DNA of 64,000 nucleotides from an uncultured Poribacteria bacterium (GCA_958295855.1 OY282383.1:252481-316480); one strand, 5' to 3'. Shown: positions 18,361 through 28,458, numbered from the stretch's first letter. Numbers and translations are program-made. The notes: generated by a model not told the origin, from the sequence alone.

Positions 18361-21300
18361 TTATCCCACAGTGTTTTTCTCTCCTTCCACGCCCATCACT
18401 TTTTCCACAATAGCAACTTCATCATCAGTTAATCCATAAAGCGCGTAAATCAACGCATCAATTTGCCGCTCATCCGCGGCGCTCTCTGCCTTCGGGTTTT
18501 CCCATTTCGCTGACAGAAGCTGTTCCACAAGTTCAATAATCGGTTGTTGCTGCTCAGGTGACACAAGCGGAATAGGTATTTTGCCAACATAGTAGTTATC
18601 AAAGTGCATCGTCATGAGTGCAGAGCAAAAGATAAACCGGTGGGCATACCAATTCACTAGCGTGGAGTTGAATAGGGCAGCAATAAAATTCAGGCTAAAA
18701 TTTGGATTCGTGAGAAACGTATTTTCGACAGTGTCAACTCCTAATATATCACCGGTTTTGTCAACGGTAGCCTTTATTTTTTTGTGCGTCACGATATTCT
18801 GAGAGAGGATTTTCGGCTGAAGTAGCGATTGAATTTTCTTATCGGCAGAATCAAGAGTGTCGCGGTTAGCAAACCCTCTCACACCATCAATTCCGTAGCG
18901 GCTTATATTTCTTCCACCAATCACTTTAATTGCACCAGTAGCGTTCAGGAATTTCTGTACCGACAAACCTCGTACACTCTGGGAAATTTCGCTTAGGTGC
19001 GTCCCGATACGATTTAGCTTTAAACCTAACTGAATTTCATCGCTGGACACATCGCATATCCATGCCTCAAACGTTTTCGGATAGTCTTTGGAAATCTGAG
19101 TCGTTTGGGTAAACGTATCATTGACAAACTTCCGAGCTGTATAGAAATCATTTTTAGACTGGGAACTGTAGACGAAAACAACCTGTTCCAATAAGACATT
19201 CTCAAAAGCCCGTTCAACATCAACGAGAACAATGGCTTTTTCTGACAAAGTGAAAGCTAAGCTCTGCCAAGTTTTAGAATACAATAAGGATTTGGGAACT
19301 ATAAATGCGAGGTTACCATCAGGTTTCATCAAATGATTTTTGGCATAATCAATAAACAGGGCGGCACTGTTTGAATTTCGGGTATCTTGAAGGTTGGCTT
19401 TAATCTGCGCTAGTTCAGCTTTCGGAATTTTAGCACCATAAGGGGGATTGCCGATGGCAATGTCAAACCCATCTTTCACACCGAACATCCACTCCGTGTC
19501 AAAGAAATCGGCGACAGCGTTCTGGTCATACGCATCCCAGGTGGCAATTTTCTGGGCCTCTCCAACACTCGCTTTTAACCTTTTCTCACGAACCGTGTAC
19601 GCCTTCTGAAGTTTTTCACGTAATTGATTGCGCGTCCGTTCTGTCTGCAGCTGAGCAACCTGTTCCGCTATCTTGTTTTGCTCACTCCCCACCCAGTGCA
19701 CATGCTGGGCTATCAATGCCTGCTTCAATTGTTCCCGAACGCCTGCCTCTTGGCGGATGTACCGGAGTTTTCGTTGCCGGGTGTTCGCGTTGAAATACCT
19801 CTGGCGGATAGCACCAATTTCAGCGCGTATCTGCCGAATGTTGTCGGTTTCAAGCAACAGCTGCTGGGCGTCTGTATTTAGCCCAATGAGGGTATTGGCA
19901 GCAACGAACTTCACTTCCAGATTGGGCAGCGGCCGAATGCCGTAGTTTGCCGCGCGGTTCTCGTTCGGCACCTGCTCAATGATGAGCGAGATGAAAAAGC
20001 GGAGTTTGGCAATCGTGACAGCGATGGGTTGAATGTCCACGCCATAAATGCCGTTTTGGATAAGGTAGAGCTTGCGTCCGTAGTCGTTGTAGCGGTTCGC
20101 TTCGGAGAACACCTGCTCGATACCCGCAAGTGCAGCTTCGCGGCTTTGCAGGTCAGGAATTGTTTCTGCCTGCTCGAGTTGTCGCTGTTTCCAGCGTTCA
20201 TTCTGCGGATCCAGTTTTTGGAGAATCAGCACCAGTTTATTGAGAATGCCCATCGGGAAAGCACCAGAACCGACTGCCGGATCGATGATTTTGAGTTCGT
20301 CTATCGCTTGAATCATTGACATGATTTCATCTTCATAGATGAGGTGTTTATTGGGATTATCTTCCGTACCTTGCCGGTCATAGGCAAGGAGATCTTCGCG
20401 GAGCCTGCCCTCCAAGCCCTCCCCGTGGCCGTCGGAGGGTTCAACCTTCTGAAGGAAATAGGCGATGAGCGCCTCGTCTACCATGTAATCAACTATCTGC
20501 CGTGGGGTATAGTAGGAGCCGGTGGCTTTGCGCGCGGTGGACTGTGTTTCCGGATTAGACGCGCCGAGCAGATTCTCAAACACCTGCCCGAGCAGTTCCG
20601 GGTCGAGGGCGACTTCTTGCTCAATGGGCGTGTTTTCCTCTACCGTGAACTTATAGCGGGAAAAGAGCGGAAAGATGCCGTTTTCTTCGTCAAAGAAGAG
20701 TTTTGTCGGGACGTGTAGTTTCCGCCTGTCGTTTGGATTGTCAGTGAAACAATCAACGCGCGCCCCACCATCACCGGGCGCCTCAAACGTATCCAGGCAG
20801 TCGAACAACCCGCCGTTAACAAACGGCACCTGCTTGAGGTACTCCAGAAATGCGTCTGCATCTTGGAGGAGATCCGCGTAGCGATATTTGCTCGCATCTC
20901 GATGATCTGGGTTATTGCGCCTACTAAAGACGCGTTCACTTATCGGCGTATTGAGGGTGGCAAAAAAGAGGTTTTGGAGGACAGCCTGGTAGTAATCGGA
21001 ACGCTCTTCGGTAGACGCGAGCTGCGCTCGCCACTTGTATGTTACCCCGCTTTGCGGGGAAGCATACCTGTCCCCGGTAGAACTGGCATGGGGCTCGCTA
21101 TCTCTCAGAAACGCTTGCGCGCCTTCTCTCTCAAAAAGTGCCGGAGGCACCAACCCCTTTTCCTTCAGAAACCAGATAAAGAGGAGCCGTGTTATCAGCC
21201 GGATGCCCTGCATCGCATTCGCTGCATCCGGAAATCTACAGGCCGCCTTTGCCCAATCATACCATTTCTCAAGGTCTCGGTAAAAACGGCGGTTGAGTGC

Positions 21301-21972
21301 CTCCGTATTGAGAATGCCCTCCCACACCTTATGGAGCGTATCAAAGTTATGAACGCCTTCGGTTTCAATCAGTCTATTGAGGTGGAGTTCGGCGAGGATG
21401 TCTAGATGCGCGCGGTGCGGGGAATTCAAGTTTATGTCTTTGATGAGCGTGACTTTCTCCAGCACCCGCTTTTCAGGCTCGCGTTTGTGCCTTCGCCGGT
21501 TGATAATCGCGAGGGTCAGAAAAGCACTAGACCGGAATATCACCATGATGGGCTGCGGGAGCTGTCTATTGATAAAGCGGGTAATGTCGGAGAGTTGTGT
21601 ACGTGTATAACTCCCCTCGGCAAGTTGCACGGCAACGAACATGTAGGAACGCATCAGTGTGTCGTCTATGTCCGTGCTCTCAAAGAGTGATTTCTGCTGA
21701 GTTATCTGCGCGTTAATCTCAGTATCCGTCACTTGCAAGACTAAGTAAAATGCCTGCCAGTCGTTAATGCGGAGTTTGTGAGAGGGGTTGGCGGTTTCTG
21801 CGGCAGCGGCCTTGAGGCGTTGGTACCTGTCGCTATCTATACCGTCGTTTCCGACCCTCCTGCTGTGGTAGCCGAGGGTGTTGAGGAACGCGGTGGCGGC
21901 TTCCCTGAGGGGTTGTTCATCGAAGTGCCGGAGGTTCGCCTCAATGTTATGTTTGATGGTGTCTGAATTCAT
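18361..21972 (-). CDS. Eco57I-type (Type IIG-like) N6-adenine DNA methyltransferase / RM enzyme with TaqI_C-like TRD
   Basis: NGGLF, DPELLGQVFENLL, GSYYTP, DPAVGSGAF, YGVDI, GFDIAIGNPPY, LYGLTDDEVAIV. Confidence 0.9.
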   Translation of the reverse strand: MNSDTIKHNIEANLRHFDEQPLREAATAFLNTLGYHSRRVGNDGIDSDRYQRLKAAAAETANPSHKLRINDWQAFYLVLQVTDTEINAQITQQKSLFESTDIDDTLMRSYMFVAVQLAEGSYTRTQLSDITRFINRQLPQPIMVIFRSSAFLTLAIINRRRHKREPEKRVLEKVTLIKDINLNSPHRAHLDILAELHLNRLIETEGVHNFDTLHKVWEGILNTEALNRRFYRDLEKWYDWAKAACRFPDAANAMQGIRLITRLLFIWFLKEKGLVPPALFEREGAQAFLRDSEPHASSTGDRYASPQSGVTYKWRAQLASTEERSDYYQAVLQNLFFATLNTPISERVFSRRNNPDHRDASKYRYADLLQDADAFLEYLKQVPFVNGGLFDCLDTFEAPGDGGARVDCFTDNPNDRRKLHVPTKLFFDEENGIFPLFSRYKFTVEENTPIEQEVALDPELLGQVFENLLGASNPETQSTARKATGSYYTPRQIVDYMVDEALIAYFLQKVEPSDGHGEGLEGRLREDLLAYDRQGTEDNPNKHLIYEDEIMSMIQAIDELKIIDPAVGSGAFPMGILNKLVLILQKLDPQNERWKQRQLEQAETIPDLQSREAALAGIEQVFSEANRYNDYGRKLYLIQNGIYGVDIQPIAVTIAKLRFFISLIIEQVPNENRAANYGIRPLPNLEVKFVAANTLIGLNTDAQQLLLETDNIRQIRAEIGAIRQRYFNANTRQRKLRYIRQEAGVREQLKQALIAQHVHWVGSEQNKIAEQVAQLQTERTRNQLREKLQKAYTVREKRLKASVGEAQKIATWDAYDQNAVADFFDTEWMFGVKDGFDIAIGNPPYGAKIPKAELAQIKANLQDTRNSNSAALFIDYAKNHLMKPDGNLAFIVPKSLLYSKTWQSLAFTLSEKAIVLVDVERAFENVLLEQVVFVYSSQSKNDFYTARKFVNDTFTQTTQISKDYPKTFEAWICDVSSDEIQLGLKLNRIGTHLSEISQSVRGLSVQKFLNATGAIKVIGGRNISRYGIDGVRGFANRDTLDSADKKIQSLLQPKILSQNIVTHKKIKATVDKTGDILGVDTVENTFLTNPNFSLNFIAALFNSTLVNWYAHRFIFCSALMTMHFDNYYVGKIPIPLVSPEQQQPIIELVEQLLSAKWENPKAESAADERQIDALIYALYGLTDDEVAIVEKVMGVEGEKNTVG

Positions 21973-21996
21973 GTCAGGCCTGCTTTTTCCACTAAA

Positions 21997-22118
21997 ACGG
22001 AAAGGCAACTCCCCTACGATGAGCGTGCCATCAGGGCGGATGGCACGCTCATCGCCATCGTTGAGAGGCCGATTGTAATGTCAGATGAGACGGTGCGTGG
22101 GAAAAATCGGGTGCATGT
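21997..22118 (+). repeat. 122 bp direct repeat, copy 2 (fragment of the beta-propeller gene 3' end)
   Basis: Matches 11690-11811; abuts the second duplicated block 22119-22395 (=15313-15590). Confidence 0.92.
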
Positions 22119-22203
22119 TTAGTAACCTGACAAATTTAGTTGTTTTAGGACAGGCAGGTTCGCTAAAAATGACTCTTCCGACAACTTTGGAGCGGCCAAA
22201 TCG

Positions 22204-22770
22204 CTAAGATTCATCAGTTGTTACAAGCTTTAGTTTGGTTAGAAAGGAGAGGACGCTTTCGATATCCTCTGGGCTCACGTCCCAACCATACTCTTCGGCA
22301 ACCTGTCGCACCTCTCCTATTGTACTTTTCCCTCTCCAATTGACAATGTAGTGGACTTTTGCCGCGATGGAAAGCTTGTTAAAATCGTTAGAGATAGGCT
22401 GGGCGTTAATCAACTCTAGTGCTGCTTTCCATTTTGGAAAATCCGGTTCTTCTTCGAGGTCACTCCATACCTCGCGGCCCCCCTCGGCCAGGGAGTAGGT
22501 GTGCCGGCGAATTTCGCCGAAAACATTTTGATCTTTTGAAGCTGTCGCGAAGGATTCTATCTTTTCATTAAGGAATCCATGGGCAACTAAACTATCTAGG
22601 TGCCCCGCAACCACGCTACTGTAAGGACCGTAGCGATGCGCGGTGAAGTCAAAATTAACTTCCATCAGCACAGATAGAAAGTAGACTTTTTTTTGGAGGA
22701 GCGTTCTCCCTCGTAGTTCGCCCCTGTCTTCGCTATTCACAACGAGTAGAAGAATGTCTATGGTGTACAT
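22204..22770 (-). CDS. YwgA-like / Panacea (DUF4065)-like protein, copy 2
   Basis: GRTLLQKKVYFL...RYGPYS; directly downstream of the HD gene as in Bacillus ywfO-ywgA. Confidence 0.75.
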   Translation of the reverse strand: MYTIDILLLVVNSEDRGELRGRTLLQKKVYFLSVLMEVNFDFTAHRYGPYSSVVAGHLDSLVAHGFLNEKIESFATASKDQNVFGEIRRHTYSLAEGGREVWSDLEEEPDFPKWKAALELINAQPISNDFNKLSIAAKVHYIVNWRGKSTIGEVRQVAEEYGWDVSPEDIESVLSFLTKLKLVTTDES

Positions 22771-22781
22771 TTCATTACCTT

Positions 22782-24161
22782 TCAAGCAGAGCGTAAAATG
22801 TTTTGAATTTCCGGTTCAAGTGCCGAGCGCCTCTGTTTGCCCGATAGATTATTCCCATCTGGTGATACGTAAACTTGCACCGTTTCTAGAGAAGCTTCGT
22901 TGTCGGTGGCGGGTCTCGCGAAAAACAGTTCACTTGCATAATCGCTCATAGCCCTTGGTTCCGACTGATTCTCGTCAAAAATCGTAATCGCTTCCGCATC
23001 CAGGATGTAACTCCGGCTCCCGTAGTTTGGATTACGCATCTGAAGAGGCCTAATAATTACATAATCGGTATCACTACGGAGATGTGCTGCAATCTTTCGC
23101 TCCAATTCCTGTTTCAGAAGGGAATCATCTTTCATTGCAAGCAGCCTGCGTCTCACCTTGCTATTTGTTTCGTCTTTAAGCCGAAGTTCTGCAACCATTT
23201 TGAAGAGGTTTCGGTTGTAGAGCCTGTTGAAAATTTCACGTGCTTTCTCTTGGGGACAAGCTTTCAAAATATCAATCAGTTTCTCATCATGGTAGGTGAG
23301 ATAGTTTTGAATGAAGCTTTCAGGGTTTTCTTCACTGTATTGATAAAGTTTGGCCATTTGTGTATTGCCGCGCTCTATTGCAAGGGTAATCCCGCGGATA
23401 ATCATCTCATTGGAAATGAGGCTGACCCGGTGCCAATATACCTGCTGTGTCATGTGATATCGCGCAAGCAGGAGTTGTTCAAGGGCATAAATGCCTTTAC
23501 TGCTAACTGCTAGAGAGGTTTCTGTTTTGTCAACCTCAATAAGGCATGATTCAATCAGTTTTTCCAGATCGTATATCCCATATTTAACACCGGCGAAATA
23601 GGAATCGCGTAAGAGGTAGTCCATTTTATCCGCGTCTAATTCGCTAGAGACAATGTCACGCTGCCAGTCTTGTGTATCTTGCCCTTGAATCATGTCAGCT
23701 ACGAAATCCCGTTCATCCTTGTTCAGAATGCCGCGGATGGCCGAGTCAGTCTGAATAATATCTACAGTAATTTTCTCGTGTATCTTTTCGCGCGTAGATC
23801 CCATATCGGTTCGATCCGGCGCGTGCTCATCCAACAAGTACTCCGAAACGTGACTAAATGGCCCGTGCCCAACATCATGAAGTAACGCCGCAAGTCTAAC
23901 CCGCTCTACGTCTTCATTGCATATTCTCGTTGGATGCAATTCTTGGAGCTTTGTGCAAATTCGGCCCGCGATGTGCATCACACCAATTGAATGATCGAAG
24001 CGCGTATGTAACGCCCCCGGATACACCAAAAACGTCATCCCCAACTGCCGAATTCGACGGAGCCGCTGAAACACCGGGGTGTTAATCAGTTTCATTTCCT
24101 TTTCAGAAACTTTGATAAACCCGTGAATCGGGTCGCGCATTTCATGGGAACGTTCTATCAT
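22782..24161 (-). CDS. HD-domain phosphohydrolase, SAMHD1/YwfO-like dNTP triphosphohydrolase
   Basis: RDPIHG, FQRLRRIRQLG, VYPGALHTRFDHSIG, LLHDVGHGPFSH, DADKMDYLLRDS. Confidence 0.9.
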   Translation of the reverse strand: MIERSHEMRDPIHGFIKVSEKEMKLINTPVFQRLRRIRQLGMTFLVYPGALHTRFDHSIGVMHIAGRICTKLQELHPTRICNEDVERVRLAALLHDVGHGPFSHVSEYLLDEHAPDRTDMGSTREKIHEKITVDIIQTDSAIRGILNKDERDFVADMIQGQDTQDWQRDIVSSELDADKMDYLLRDSYFAGVKYGIYDLEKLIESCLIEVDKTETSLAVSSKGIYALEQLLLARYHMTQQVYWHRVSLISNEMIIRGITLAIERGNTQMAKLYQYSEENPESFIQNYLTYHDEKLIDILKACPQEKAREIFNRLYNRNLFKMVAELRLKDETNSKVRRRLLAMKDDSLLKQELERKIAAHLRSDTDYVIIRPLQMRNPNYGSRSYILDAEAITIFDENQSEPRAMSDYASELFFARPATDNEASLETVQVYVSPDGNNLSGKQRRSALEPEIQNILRSA

Positions 24162-24167
24162 ATTAAA

Positions 24168-24196
24168 ATTATACCACAATATGTTAAGTAATGCAA
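24168..24196 (-). promoter_or_regulatory. Promoter of the HD-YwgA pair, probably giving a leaderless mRNA
   Basis: TTGCAT-17 bp-TATAAT; ATG (24161) only 6 nt beyond the -10 box; no SD. Confidence 0.6.
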
Positions 24197-24334
24197 ATTA
24201 AAAATTGAGTAAACTTATGATGATTTTTCACCCTTCACACTGATATTCCCACATTCTAACCTGCCATCTCCACATAAAAGTCTTGCATAATGTCTGAAAT
24301 CAATCAAGGAAAAGCAAATCTTTGATCTGCCCTC

Positions 24335-24400
24335 ACACCTACATCCCTGCATCCCGATCCGTCTGCGCTATCAACGCAATCTCTTCCTCCGACACCGGTG
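24335..24400 (-). pseudogene. Remnant of an Eco57I-type MTase C-terminus
   Basis: Reads VSEEEIALIAQTDRDAGM*; CACACCTACATCCCTGCATCCCGAT also follows the intact MTase at ~18324-18348. Confidence 0.55.
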
Positions 24401-24452
24401 TGCCGGAGACATCGCCCCACGCCGCGCAAAGTGACACCGAACCCACGTTTTA

Positions 24453-27400
24453 TTAAGATTCGGCAGCGTTATTAAACCCGCGGCTGATAACCAGCCATGT
24501 AATCAGTTCAAATTGAGTCTCTTCCGTGATTTGGTTTTCGGCAATCGGGAGCAGGAAATCCGCACTTGCCTCCAGCTGATCGTTGACTTTCCGATTGTAC
24601 GCTTGGCGAATTGAATCCATCGCGGCATCAATTAGCCTCTCATAAAGCCTCATATCGCTGCCGTTGGCAGTCTCCTCGTTAAACCAGTGACACAGGTTTT
24701 GATTGGGAGTAGTTTTCCCGACACAGAGCGCGCTGAATCGTTCTAAAATCTGTTTCGGATTGGTGAAACCGAGAGAGACTGCACCTTTATCGCTGATATG
24801 GACGAGGTAGTAGGGATAAATCGGATTGAGCTTCTCTCCATCTTCATTCTCCTTCGCCTCGCCGGTTTGTCTTAGACAGAAGATAACGCCCGGTTCAATA
24901 TTTACGGGGGCACCGTCGTGCTTCTGAGGCGCGGTAACAGCGTATAAGCCGAGGGGTGCGTTTCGGAGTTCCACCTCGTTGCTGCGGAGATAGTTAAGGA
25001 GTTGTACGCGGAAATCGCCAAGCGTGAATTGGTTGAGATTCAATTGTGCTTCAATATCTTCAAACTCAAGGATTTCGCTCTGCATGCGGCGCAGCTGCGC
25101 GTCCCGGTGCGTCCAAACCTGCTCCATGCTCTTTTTCTCTTTCAATGAAAGCAGAGCGTCATCACCTGTAGCAGTGAGATTGACGAGTGCCATTCGTGCC
25201 TCAACGCGAGGTTTGAGATTGATATACTCGTCGAGTTCAGGTGTGGGCCAGAAGTTGACAAGCTGGATGTTCTCGTTACGGCTCCCAATCCGGTCAATTC
25301 GTCCGAAACGTTGGATAATGCGGACAGGGTTCCAGTGGATATCGTAATTGACGAGATAACCGCAATCCTGCAGGTTTTGTCCTTCGGAGATACAATCGGT
25401 GGCGATGAGGAGATCGATTTCGGGGGTGGCATGTTTCCCCTGCTTTGTAGGGGTATCAAGATGGGTTCTATCCTTGGAGATTGGGGAGAAATTGGTGAGA
25501 ATCTCGTTGAAATCATTTCTTCCAAGCGTGGTGCTGTTGGCACTGCCTGTGACGACAGCACAGTGAATGTTAAGCGTCTCGGTTGCCCACGCGTGCAAAT
25601 TATCGTAGAGATAATTGGCAGTATCCGCAAAAGCGGTAAAAACGAGAATTTTGCGATTCTCTTTTCCGCATCGGTTTGTTGTGGGGTGCTGCACCTTGGC
25701 AGCGATGAGCCGTTTGAGTTCCTCCAATTTTGCATCCCGGTCGGGTGTCATGTTTTTCGCGATGCTGTAAATTTTCTCCAATTGCACCTTGTCGTCTCGG
25801 AGGTCGGCTAACCAAGCGTCCAGATCGAGGTGTTTATACTGATACACCTCATCTTTCCCTGCTTGTATACCGGTCTGGAGTTCGTCGTCTTCTCCATATT
25901 CTTCGGTTGCCTCGGCAAACGCATCGAAACCACTTTCATGAACCGTTCCCGCGTGTGCGTTCACAAAGTCGCCAATTTCAGACTCACGCGCTTTAATATT
26001 TTCAATAGTGCGTTCCAGCGTCGTTGCAAAGGAGTAGACGCTACTTTCAAGCCGTTTGAGGAAGTTCACCTTCATCATACCGATGAGATTGAACTCGCGC
26101 TGTTGGAGGAGTCTACCGCCATAATGGTGTTGGCACGCTTGTCGGATATATTTTGACGGATTAAAAAGTGAGAGTTTATAGCCATCAATTTGATTGCTGA
26201 TCGCTTGGTAGGTGGGGAATTGCCCTTGCCTGTCAATTTCTGGAAAGATAGACTTTGGAGTCTCATGCTCTGGAAACCCACCGATCTGTTCCATAGAATC
26301 GCTATAGAAGTTCTGAATATGTGTACGGGAACGGGCAATAGTGAGCCGGTCCAAGAGCGAAAAGAAGTCCGCACTGAGGCTTTCCGAAAGATTTTCTTGC
26401 CTTCTTGATTTATCGGGGAGCGGCTCAGTTTCTGTTGTCCATGTCTCAAAATTGCTTTGGGCAGTCTTAAGCGTTGCTCTGATGCTTGGGATACCGGTCC
26501 CTTTAAAGGCATCGTCTTTGTCTTCGGTGATTAAAGAGATTTGGTTCTCCAGATCGGTGAGTCGATTGTTGACTGGGGTGGCAGAGAGCATAAGCACTTG
26601 GGTTTTGCATCCACTCTGGATAATGTCTTCCATTAATTTATTATAACGAGCACCGCGGTTTCGGAAGTTGTGGGATTCATCAATGACGACAAGATCGTAC
26701 CCGTCCCATTCATGATGTGCAAGGTCAATGCCGTTGGATTCACCGCTGTCCCGGCTCAAATCCGTGTGTGCCAGCACAGCATAACGGAACTGATCGGCTT
26801 TCAGTGGATTATTTTTATTGCGAGATTGTGTATGATAAAGCGTCCAGTTTCTTTCCAACTTCTTAGGACACAGCACTAAGACGCGGTAATTTCGCAACTC
26901 AAAGTATTTGATAATAGCGAGTGCCTCGTAGGTTTTGCCTAACCCAACGCTATCAGCGATGATACAACCTTTGTATGCCTTCAGTTTCTGGATACACGCC
27001 TGAACACCGTGTTTTTGAAAGGCGTAGAGTTTCTGCCAGATTTCAGTTTCCTGAAACCGGGGATTTGCTTCGACAAAGGGTGTGTCGTTTGCGTCTGTCA
27101 AGAAATTTTCAAAAAGGTGGTAGAGGGTTTTGTAGTAGATGAATTCGGGGGCTTTGTCTTGATAGGCATTTTCGAGGGTTCGCAGCACCTGTCGTTTTAC
27201 ATCTTCAACCTCGTCGGATTCCCAAAGGTTATCAAACCACGTTTTCAGGTCAGCGCAGTCGCTTTTGCTGTCGACTTCAAGGTTGAGTTCAATATTGCTC
27301 GCCTTTTCGCTTAACCCCAAGCCGCGTACGGTAAAGTTAGCACTCCCGATGAGCGCATCCTCACCGCCGGCCTTCTCAATATAATACATCTTTCCGTGCA

Positions 27401-27755
27401 GGAAATTAGAACGGCGCACCGAGCGGAGCTCCACTTTCTCTTCAATCCAGGCGGCACATGCCTTGGCGAGCTCGCTTTGGGGGAGGTAGTTCTCAAGGCT
27501 TAATCCCGCTTCAGTCAACGCAAACGCCTTGCCCTCCGTTTTTTGCGGGTCCATTCCGCCGATGAAACTCGGTTCACCGAACAGAAAACGGAGGTTATCA
27601 ATGCCAGTCAGCGACTCTTTGAGGGCGTTAAAGGCGTAAATGGTGAAATAGGCGGAGACGATGGAGAGGGAAGCACCCTCTTGGATTTTCTCTCGCAGAA
27701 AATCGGCGACGGTGCCGTACATGCTGTTATCTCGGATGCGGGAGTGTTGGGACAT
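24453..27755 (-). CDS. PLD-nuclease + SNF2-family helicase (RM-associated)
   Basis: HGKMY...GSANFT..GL (HKD-like); ADSVGLGKT, DESHNFRN, LSATPVNN, TDCISEGQNLQ, QRFGRIDRIGS. Confidence 0.9.
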   Translation of the reverse strand: MSQHSRIRDNSMYGTVADFLREKIQEGASLSIVSAYFTIYAFNALKESLTGIDNLRFLFGEPSFIGGMDPQKTEGKAFALTEAGLSLENYLPQSELAKACAAWIEEKVELRSVRRSNFLHGKMYYIEKAGGEDALIGSANFTVRGLGLSEKASNIELNLEVDSKSDCADLKTWFDNLWESDEVEDVKRQVLRTLENAYQDKAPEFIYYKTLYHLFENFLTDANDTPFVEANPRFQETEIWQKLYAFQKHGVQACIQKLKAYKGCIIADSVGLGKTYEALAIIKYFELRNYRVLVLCPKKLERNWTLYHTQSRNKNNPLKADQFRYAVLAHTDLSRDSGESNGIDLAHHEWDGYDLVVIDESHNFRNRGARYNKLMEDIIQSGCKTQVLMLSATPVNNRLTDLENQISLITEDKDDAFKGTGIPSIRATLKTAQSNFETWTTETEPLPDKSRRQENLSESLSADFFSLLDRLTIARSRTHIQNFYSDSMEQIGGFPEHETPKSIFPEIDRQGQFPTYQAISNQIDGYKLSLFNPSKYIRQACQHHYGGRLLQQREFNLIGMMKVNFLKRLESSVYSFATTLERTIENIKARESEIGDFVNAHAGTVHESGFDAFAEATEEYGEDDELQTGIQAGKDEVYQYKHLDLDAWLADLRDDKVQLEKIYSIAKNMTPDRDAKLEELKRLIAAKVQHPTTNRCGKENRKILVFTAFADTANYLYDNLHAWATETLNIHCAVVTGSANSTTLGRNDFNEILTNFSPISKDRTHLDTPTKQGKHATPEIDLLIATDCISEGQNLQDCGYLVNYDIHWNPVRIIQRFGRIDRIGSRNENIQLVNFWPTPELDEYINLKPRVEARMALVNLTATGDDALLSLKEKKSMEQVWTHRDAQLRRMQSEILEFEDIEAQLNLNQFTLGDFRVQLLNYLRSNEVELRNAPLGLYAVTAPQKHDGAPVNIEPGVIFCLRQTGEAKENEDGEKLNPIYPYYLVHISDKGAVSLGFTNPKQILERFSALCVGKTTPNQNLCHWFNEETANGSDMRLYERLIDAAMDSIRQAYNRKVNDQLEASADFLLPIAENQITEETQFELITWLVISRGFNNAAES

Positions 27756-27844
27756 TATGTTCTCTTTTGTTAGCTCGTGACCGGCACACGCCGTGTGCTT
27801 ACTACTTTTGATTAGCCTGAAGTCAATTTCTCCAACCTATTTGG

Positions 27845-27873
27845 ATTATACAACATTATCTTGTAACATGCAA
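27845..27873 (-). promoter_or_regulatory. Promoter of the helicase gene
   Basis: TTGCAT-17 bp-TATAAT on minus strand. Confidence 0.6.
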
Positions 27874-28080
27874 GAAGAATCATCAACACAGCCACACTCC
27901 CTTGTGCAAAGAGCCAGACTCATCGTCTCTATGCGCGATGCTCCCAAGATGTCTGCTCGTAAAATACGTTATTATTTTTCCAATTGATTGCGGTGCCGCG
28001 CGTCTCGGAAGATGTTCTGCCGCTCCCGCATCATTATTTTCGCCAAACCCCTCTCAAAAAAATGCACAGACGAAAAAAAT

Positions 28081-28126
28081 TTGACAAAGCGGAAAACAAC
28101 GGGTATAATTAACACTGATAAGTTAA
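28081..28126 (+). promoter_or_regulatory. Consensus sigma70 promoter with adjacent putative TetR operator
   Basis: TTGACA-17 bp-TATAAT then TTAACACTGATAAGTTAA; similar TAAGTTAACACCGTTGA at ~28501. Confidence 0.7.
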
Positions 28127-28153
28127 ATCACTCTGTAAATCAAGGGGAAAGCA

Positions 28154-28458
28154 ATGGGGGTTAAAGAACGGAGAGCACGCGAAAAAGAACAGTTACGGCA
28201 GCAAATTCTTTCTGCGGCACGAGAACTTTTTGTCACTGAGGGGTATGAGCACGTCTCTATGCGAAAGAGTGCCGACAAGATAGAATACTCACCCACAACC
28301 ATCTACCTTTAGATGTTGAAATCACCGGTCAGGTGCTGTGGGCCGCTGTTCATGGTGTGACGTTGCTTCTGATTGATTTCCCTGATTTTCCGTGGCGTGA
28401 GAAAGACACCTTGATAGACATGGTTCTTCAGACGACAATTGAGGGTTTGAAGGGATAG
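28154..28458 (+). pseudogene. TetR/AcrR-family regulator with internal deletion and frameshift
   Basis: MGVKERRAREKEQLRQQILSAARELF..EGY..VSMRK..KIEYSPTTIYL* then out-of-frame LWAAVHG...FPW (WHG-type C-terminus); middle missing. Confidence 0.85.

Noticed and set aside
11690..22118. Prophage or ICE bounded by attL/attR
   Set aside because: No integrase, phage or conjugation genes; defence genes continue beyond the right repeat; tandem-allele model fits better
15313..22395. Diversity-generating retroelement TR/VR pair
   Set aside because: No reverse transcriptase; differences are block-like, not adenine-specific
16317..27755. Assignment to DISARM, BREX or Gabija
   Set aside because: No drmA/drmB, pglZ/brxC or UvrD-like GajB partner recognised in the window
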